This document shows positions 58,581 to 64,000 of a DNA stretch of 64,000 bases, in pieces (position 1 is the first letter of the stretch; every line of letters starts with the position of its first letter). The DNA lies in the NCBI GenBank assembly GCA_014727835.1, contig WJMT01000124.1, forward strand, positions 17,508-81,507. The letters run 5' to 3'. A program made the position numbers and the translations under genes. This stretch comes from Candidatus Aminicenantes bacterium. Its GTDB lineage: Bacteria; Acidobacteriota; Aminicenantia; Aminicenantales; Aminicenantaceae. The notes below the pieces were generated by a model that ran no database searches, was not told the DNA's origin, and saw only the letters and a program-made list of their open reading frames with translations.

Positions 58581-60341
58581 ATGAAACTTTCTTCCGTTGA
58601 CCTGTCCCTGATCCTGGGATATTTGGTCTTTATTGCAGTCCTGGGATTCTGGATCAAGAAAAGAGCCACCAAAGGATTGGCAGCCTATTATCTGGCCGGA
58701 CGGAATGTTCCCTGGTGGATGCTGGGTCTGGCCGGATGTTCCAGCTACATTGACATCGGCGGCACCATGGCCATGGTGGGAGCCCTGTATTATCTGGGTC
58801 TTAAAGCGGTTTGGGTGACCCACATCTACTGGGGATGGTTTATGATCTGCTTTTACATGGCTTTTCAGGCCAAATGGATCCGACGCTCAGGGGTGATGAC
58901 CTTTGCGGAATGGAACCGGACCCGGTACGGAGACAACAGAGATGCGGAAAACGCCCGGATCGCCTCAGCTCTGTTTCTGCTTCTTCTTATGATGTTCAAC
59001 CTGACTTATATTGCCGTAGGCATCGGAAAATTCGCTGAAGAGTTTCTTCCTTTATCCCGTGAGCTGGCCACGCTGATTGTGTTTGCCGCTGTGGGGGTCT
59101 ATGTGACTCTGGCGGGTTTTTTCGGAGTGATATTGACAGACATGCTTCAGACTCTGCTCATCGGAGTGGGAGCGGTCATTCTGTCTGTGATGGTGTTCAC
59201 CAATAATCAGTTGACTCAGCTTTTTTCCGAAAAAAGCGCGGGGTGGCATTCCTTGAAAATCCCCTGGAAGCTGTGGTCCGGATACCTGCAGTCCTCGCCT
59301 GAAAGCTATCATCATTTTTATTTATTCGGTCCTGTGATGGTGGCTGGATTTTCATGGATGGTGTTTCGCCTTTTGGCCGGTCCCAATGTGTGGGACTTTC
59401 AGTTTTTTTTAAGCGCCCGAAGCTCCAGGGATGCGGCTTTAGCCGGGGGCATGTGGACTGTAGGCTACACAGCCCGGTGGATCATGGGATGTGCGTTTTT
59501 GGTGCTGGGAGTTTTTTTCCTGGGAACTCAGGCTGGATTTGATGCTGAAAAAATCATGCCTCTGGTGATCCTCAAACTCCCCATAGGCGTGAGGGGGCTT
59601 TTTATTGCAGTCCTGCTGGCGGCCCTGATGTCCACTCTGGATGCCATGATCAATGTGACCAGCTCTGTGATTGTGAATGACTTTCTCAAAAGATATTTCA
59701 TAAAAAACCTATCCCAGAAACAGCTGGTGAGACTCGGACAGCTGGCATCGGTTGTGATGCTGATGATCGGTTTTGTGGCCAGCATGTCGTTCGAGGATAT
59801 CATCTCTGCGTGGGAGACCATGATTTTTGTGGTCTTGACCATGATATTGGTGCCAGCCACTATGAGATGGCACTGGTGGCGGTTCAGCGCTAAGGCGTTC
59901 TACAAAAGCATGACGGCTTGTGCGGGACTGATCGCTCTTCAGAAACTGTTTTTCAGTCATTGGTCTGATCCCAAATCCCTGGGCATTGACATTGCCGCGT
60001 GTTTTGCTGTGACCGTGATATTCGGGTGGCTTGAAAAACCGACTCGAATGCCGGTGCTGGTTGATTTTTATTCCCGGGTGAGGCCGTTTGGTTTCTGGAA
60101 GCCTGTGAGAAAAGAAGCTGAGAAAAGAGGGAAGGTCCCCAAAAAGGACCGGATTCCGTTTTATGATGCTTTGAACGGGCTTTTGACCGCTGTGTTTCAG
60201 TTTTCTTTGGCCTTGGTTCCTTTTTATGCGTTGCTAAGAAAATGGAAAGGTGCTTTGGGTTGGGGAGCGGCAGCTCTAGTTTTAGCTTTTATATTGTATT
60301 TTACCTGGTATAAAAAGCTGCCATCCAGGGATGAGGAATGA
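58581..60341 (+). CDS. sodium:solute symporter (SSS) family transporter
   Basis: The ATG at 58581 gives the typical start MKLSSVDLSLILGYLVFIAVLGFWIKK..YYLAGRNVPWW; the track start at 58539 is a TTG. 13-14 TM helices. Confidence 0.85.
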   Translation: MKLSSVDLSLILGYLVFIAVLGFWIKKRATKGLAAYYLAGRNVPWWMLGLAGCSSYIDIGGTMAMVGALYYLGLKAVWVTHIYWGWFMICFYMAFQAKWIRRSGVMTFAEWNRTRYGDNRDAENARIASALFLLLLMMFNLTYIAVGIGKFAEEFLPLSRELATLIVFAAVGVYVTLAGFFGVILTDMLQTLLIGVGAVILSVMVFTNNQLTQLFSEKSAGWHSLKIPWKLWSGYLQSSPESYHHFYLFGPVMVAGFSWMVFRLLAGPNVWDFQFFLSARSSRDAALAGGMWTVGYTARWIMGCAFLVLGVFFLGTQAGFDAEKIMPLVILKLPIGVRGLFIAVLLAALMSTLDAMINVTSSVIVNDFLKRYFIKNLSQKQLVRLGQLASVVMLMIGFVASMSFEDIISAWETMIFVVLTMILVPATMRWHWWRFSAKAFYKSMTACAGLIALQKLFFSHWSDPKSLGIDIAACFAVTVIFGWLEKPTRMPVLVDFYSRVRPFGFWKPVRKEAEKRGKVPKKDRIPFYDALNGLLTAVFQFSLALVPFYALLRKWKGALGWGAAALVLAFILYFTWYKKLPSRDEE

Positions 60342-60343
60342 AG

Positions 60344-60421
60344 TTAAAACATAAATTTTGGAATAGATTATGCTCCGTTCATATTTTTAGATAATCAATC
60401 AGGCTCAAATTTATGTTTTAA
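60344..60421. repeat. 15-bp perfect inverted repeat flanking a 48-nt spacer
   Basis: TTAAAACATAAATTT (60344-60358) and AAATTTATGTTTTAA (60407-60421) are exact reverse complements. The element starts 3 nt after the SSS stop codon and is followed by TTT. Confidence 0.6.
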
Positions 60422-60474
60422 TTTGGTGAGGGAAAGCTGTTAAAATAATAAACGAAAATAAGGTTTTGAATTCG

Positions 60475-62883
60475 ATGAGGAAGCCGTGTGTGCATTTGAT
60501 CTGCAACGCCCATCTGGACCCGGTGTGGCAATGGCAGTGGGAGGAAGGATGTGCCGAGGCTCTCTCCACGTTCCGGAATGCGGTTCAGCTCCTTCATGAG
60601 CACAGAGATCTGATTTTCAATCACAACGAAGCCATTCTCTATCAGTGGATTAAAGAACATGATCCCTCTTTATTCCGGAAGATCCAGGAGTTGGTCAGAG
60701 GAAGGCAATGGGTGGTGAGCGGAGGATGGTATCTGCAGCCGGATGTGAACCTCACATCCACAGAATCCATCATCCGGCAGATTCTGGAAGGAAGACGCTT
60801 TTTCAAACAGCATTTCCATTCGTTCCCTGAAGTGGCTTACAACTTTGATTCGTTTGGACACAGTAGCGGACTTCCTCAAATCCTTAAAAAAAGCGGGTAC
60901 CAGATGTACATCCATATGCGGCCACAAAAAGACCAGCTGGTGCTTCCCTCTTTTCTTTACCGGTGGCAGGGATGCGATGGATCAGAAATTGCAGCCCTGA
61001 GAATTCCGGTGGGACTTTACCACACCGAATACCACAACATCCGAAAACGGCTCAAACAGGGGACTGAGCTGGCCTTAAAAACAGGACAGGATATTCCGGT
61101 TTTCTGGGGGCTCGGCAACCACGGAGGCGGTGCGACCAGAGAGGACCTGAAGCAGATCGATGATTTTAGAGACCGGGAAAGCCGGGTGGGTATCCGCCAC
61201 AGCACGCCGGATCTCTATTATCAGGCGGTGAAAGATTCCCTGAAAGAGGCTCCAGTTTTTAAGGGAGGGCTTCAGCGTGTTTTTACCGGATGCTACACCT
61301 CCCTTTCCCGGGTCAAAAGAAAAGCCCTCCAGAGTGCAGGCCTGCTGAAACAGGCTGAAGCTGCCAGTGCTGCGGCCTGGTGGCTGAGGGAAATTCCTTA
61401 TCCGGAAAAGAAAATTAGGGAGACTTGGAATAACCATCTGTTTAATGACTTTCATGATATCCTTCCCGGCACCTGCATCCAGTCAGCGGAAAAAGATGCT
61501 TTGGACCTTTACGGGAAAGTTCTGGATTCTGCAAGATTCCTCAGGATGAAGGGTGTGATTGCTTTGAATCAAAAGCCCAAACACAAATTCGCAATTCCCA
61601 TCACAGTTCTCAACACCAATCCTTCTTTGGCCGCAGCTCCTGTGGAAGTGGAATTCATGCTCTCCCATCGCCCCAAATGGGAAGGGCAGTGGCATGTGGA
61701 ACTATCCACTCTCAGCGGAAAACAGATAGTGTGCCAGGAGGAACAGCCGGAGGCGCTGCTTCCGTTTCATGGATGGCGGCGGAAAGTCTCATTTTTCACT
61801 CCTCTGTCAGGAATGGGAATAAGAAATTTTCAGATGAAAGTCAGGAAGGGAAAAGTCGAGCCTAATAAATTCAAGCCAGCCCTGGATTGTGAGATAAATC
61901 CCGATTCAGGCTTGATTGAAAAACTTTACGGACCTCAAAAAGAAAATGTTCTTTCAGGGCCTCTCATGCTTCCGGTGGTGATTGATGATCCCGGTGATTC
62001 CTGGGGCACCGGCATCCATAATTACCGGAGTAAGGAAGGTGTGTTTGAATTAAAGCAGGGAAGTTCCAGAGTGGTTGAGAAAGGACCTGTGCGCATGATC
62101 CAGCAGGCAGAATTCATTTATGAACAGAGTTCTATCACCATGAGGATTGTTTCCTATGCCCAGTGGCCGGTTCTGGAGTTCCGGTTGAAGATTTTGTGGA
62201 ATCACAAACACAAGCGCCTGAAATTGTTTGTTCCTACAAAATTGAAGCAAGACCACTTGTTCTGCGAAGTTCCGGGAGGAATGAGTCAAAGCCCTGCTGA
62301 CGGAGAAGAACATGTGCACAGACAATGGCTTTACATCCGGGGACAAATCAACGGAAATCCTGTATCCATGGGCATTGTCAGCAGCGGGCAGCATGGCTTT
62401 GATTTTAAAGACGGCGAGGTCCGGCTTTCTGTTTTAAGAAGTGCGGTCTATTGTCATGAGCGGGGATTGGATTTGAAAGACCATCCCGGTCACAAATGCA
62501 TGGACCTGGGAGAGCATTTCCTGCGCCTTCTGGTGGTTCCCGGGGAACCTGATTCTGTACTCCGAAGACTCCCTGATCTGGCTGACTGGTTGATGTCGCC
62601 TCCCTTTGCTCTGTCCCATCTTCCGGTGGGAGATGTTGACTCTGTGGACCTGCTTTCTGTCAGTCCTGAAAATGTGTGTCTTCTGACGTGTAAGCGTTCA
62701 GAGAATAAAGAGGCACTTATCATAAGAATTCAGGAAGCTGTGGGAATCTCTACCCAAGCTGTGGTTCAGTTAAAAAAGCCGGAGGTCACGCACAGAGTCT
62801 CTCTCAAACCCCTGGAGATCAAAACACTCTGCTTTCAAAAAGACGGCCGCGTTTCAAAGACTGACCTCTTAGAAAAACAGTAG
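60475..62883 (+). CDS. GH38-family alpha-mannosidase-like glycoside hydrolase (cytoplasmic)
   Basis: The N-terminus VHLICNAHLDPVWQW, FNHNEAILYQW and WYLQPDVNL resemble the GH38 catalytic domain. No signal peptide. I prefer the ATG at 60475 over the TTG at 60466. Confidence 0.8.
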   Translation: MRKPCVHLICNAHLDPVWQWQWEEGCAEALSTFRNAVQLLHEHRDLIFNHNEAILYQWIKEHDPSLFRKIQELVRGRQWVVSGGWYLQPDVNLTSTESIIRQILEGRRFFKQHFHSFPEVAYNFDSFGHSSGLPQILKKSGYQMYIHMRPQKDQLVLPSFLYRWQGCDGSEIAALRIPVGLYHTEYHNIRKRLKQGTELALKTGQDIPVFWGLGNHGGGATREDLKQIDDFRDRESRVGIRHSTPDLYYQAVKDSLKEAPVFKGGLQRVFTGCYTSLSRVKRKALQSAGLLKQAEAASAAAWWLREIPYPEKKIRETWNNHLFNDFHDILPGTCIQSAEKDALDLYGKVLDSARFLRMKGVIALNQKPKHKFAIPITVLNTNPSLAAAPVEVEFMLSHRPKWEGQWHVELSTLSGKQIVCQEEQPEALLPFHGWRRKVSFFTPLSGMGIRNFQMKVRKGKVEPNKFKPALDCEINPDSGLIEKLYGPQKENVLSGPLMLPVVIDDPGDSWGTGIHNYRSKEGVFELKQGSSRVVEKGPVRMIQQAEFIYEQSSITMRIVSYAQWPVLEFRLKILWNHKHKRLKLFVPTKLKQDHLFCEVPGGMSQSPADGEEHVHRQWLYIRGQINGNPVSMGIVSSGQHGFDFKDGEVRLSVLRSAVYCHERGLDLKDHPGHKCMDLGEHFLRLLVVPGEPDSVLRRLPDLADWLMSPPFALSHLPVGDVDSVDLLSVSPENVCLLTCKRSENKEALIIRIQEAVGISTQAVVQLKKPEVTHRVSLKPLEIKTLCFQKDGRVSKTDLLEKQ

Positions 62884-62952
62884 TGCTTTTATAGATTTTA
62901 TCCCGCAACATATTTATTAAGATGTCCTAAACTCAATGCATTTTAAGAATTG

Positions 62953-64000
62953 TCATGATATGATGACTTCCTGGTTTTCCTCATCAAAAGACGCCCTCTT
63001 TCCTGTGTGCATGGCCGCGATAGTCATGCACAGAGCACAGGAGTGCTTGTAAGCGGCCCTGATATCCGCCCGGGGTTTTTGCCGGCTCCGGACGCATTCC
63101 ATCCAGTTTCTCATGTGCGCGGAGGTGGCGCTGTCAGTGCCTGTATTGGCTGCAGTCTCCACACTGCTGACTTCAGAAATATCCATTTCAGGAAGACGGT
63201 TTTCCTTCATCCCCATGGCTTGGGCCATCCTCTGGGTGAGTCCGCCTTCCGGAGTGATTTTGTTTGTGGCCAGATTCAGGGTGCCCCCGTTTGAAAAGTA
63301 GAGCTCTTTCACCCCTCCGGCTGAGTTGGTCTGCCGGGATGAGTACACCACTTGAAATCCTTTGCTCATGTCATTCAGGGGTCCGTAGTCAAACACAGCG
63401 GTCAGTGTGTCGAAATTTTTCCTTCCGTCTTTCCATAGATAGAGTCCGCCGTTGACCACCACACTTCGGGGGTGTGGGAGTCCGGTGAACCAGTGAACAG
63501 TGTCGATCTGGTGGACCATCCACTGGCCGGGAATGCCCGAAGAATAGGGCCAGAACAGGCGGTATTCGATGTATTTTCTGGGATCCCAGGGCTCATAAGG
63601 ACGGTTGATGAGATAACGCCTCCAGTCCACATCTTGTTTCCTCAAGACTTTGACCAGATGCGGCCGACGCCATCTTCCTGGCTGATTCACGTTCCATGTC
63701 ATATCCGCAGCCACAATATCTCCGAATTTTCCGGACTGGATGAATTGATGGGCCTGGATATAATTTAAAGCACTCCGTCTTTGAGTTCCCACCTGTACCA
63801 TCTTTTTGGTTTGGGTCACAGCTTTGTGGGCAGCCCTTGCATCATCCATAGTGTTGGCAAAAGGTTTTTCCACATAAGCGTCGCACCCGTTATTCACTGC
63901 CTGGATGCAGTGCCGGGCGTGCTGAAAATCAGCGGTGCTGATGATCACGGCATCCACTTTTCCTGATTCATACATCTCTTCATTGTTTCTCATTCCTGTC
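62953..64000 (-). CDS. Gfo/Idh/MocA-family oxidoreductase (5' end outside window)
   Basis: VDAVIISTADFQHARHCIQAVNNGCDAYVEKPFANTMDDARA is the end of the Rossmann domain, including the EKP motif. The frame stays open upstream of the ATG at 63993 to the window edge. Confidence 0.8.
   Translation of the reverse strand, partial: TGMRNNEEMYESGKVDAVIISTADFQHARHCIQAVNNGCDAYVEKPFANTMDDARAAHKAVTQTKKMVQVGTQRRSALNYIQAHQFIQSGKFGDIVAADMTWNVNQPGRWRRPHLVKVLRKQDVDWRRYLINRPYEPWDPRKYIEYRLFWPYSSGIPGQWMVHQIDTVHWFTGLPHPRSVVVNGGLYLWKDGRKNFDTLTAVFDYGPLNDMSKGFQVVYSSRQTNSAGGVKELYFSNGGTLNLATNKITPEGGLTQRMAQAMGMKENRLPEMDISEVSSVETAANTGTDSATSAHMRNWMECVRSRQKPRADIRAAYKHSCALCMTIAAMHTGKRASFDEENQEVIIS

Noticed and set aside
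1-64000. Looked for CRISPR arrays, tRNA/rRNA genes, transposases, integrases, reverse transcriptases and known defence-system components.
   Set aside because: No regularly spaced direct repeats, no tRNA-like GC-rich cloverleaf segments in the short intergenic regions, and no ORF with recombinase, RT or nuclease hallmarks were seen. The search was by eye only, so short elements could be missed.

Overview
Densely coding 64-kb chromosomal segment with about 53 CDS, read by eye from the sequence and ORF track only; no searches were run. I found no rRNA, tRNA, CRISPR array, transposase or integrase. The host looks like an anaerobic, diderm, uncultured-type bacterium: it has TolC and outer-membrane barrels, KorAB 2-oxoacid:ferredoxin oxidoreductase, rubrerythrin and strong Shine-Dalgarno sites. 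Four duplicated FtsX/MacB-type 'ADOP-like' permeases point to an Acidobacteria/Aminicenantes/FCB-like lineage, but that taxonomy is only a guess. Main content: (i) a sigma-54 two-component pair (7711-10411) lies head-to-head with a 7-gene MacAB-TolC-like exporter operon (10741-17990). (ii) Three further ADOP-type permeases are present, two of them translationally coupled to PadR regulators. (iii) There is an ABC-2 exporter, KorAB, rubrerythrin, and a short pyruvate kinase lacking the C-terminal domain. (iv) There is a DacZ/CdaZ-type diadenylate cyclase. (v) Scattered sugar genes include GDP-mannose 3,5-epimerase with a FucP-type permease, an AGE-family epimerase, a GH38 mannosidase, an SSS transporter and a Gfo/Idh/MocA oxidoreductase. 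(vi) Several hypothetical envelope proteins are encoded. The strongest signal not explained by gene calls is cis-regulatory. I count four sigma-54 promoter matches. A tandem 16-bp palindromic site (TGTCCG-N4-CGGACA type) occurs with near-identical geometry upstream of the exporter operon and of a distant orphan permease. This suggests a sigma-54 regulon run by a kinase that has no extracytoplasmic sensor domain, i.e. a candidate transporter-coupled signalling system. Other oddities are a histidine-kinase-like protein whose phosphoacceptor His is Lys, a perfect 24-bp Fur/PerR-like palindrome between kor and rbr, and a membrane-tethered HTH/FG-GAP protein. All functional calls are motif recognition by eye and need database confirmation.
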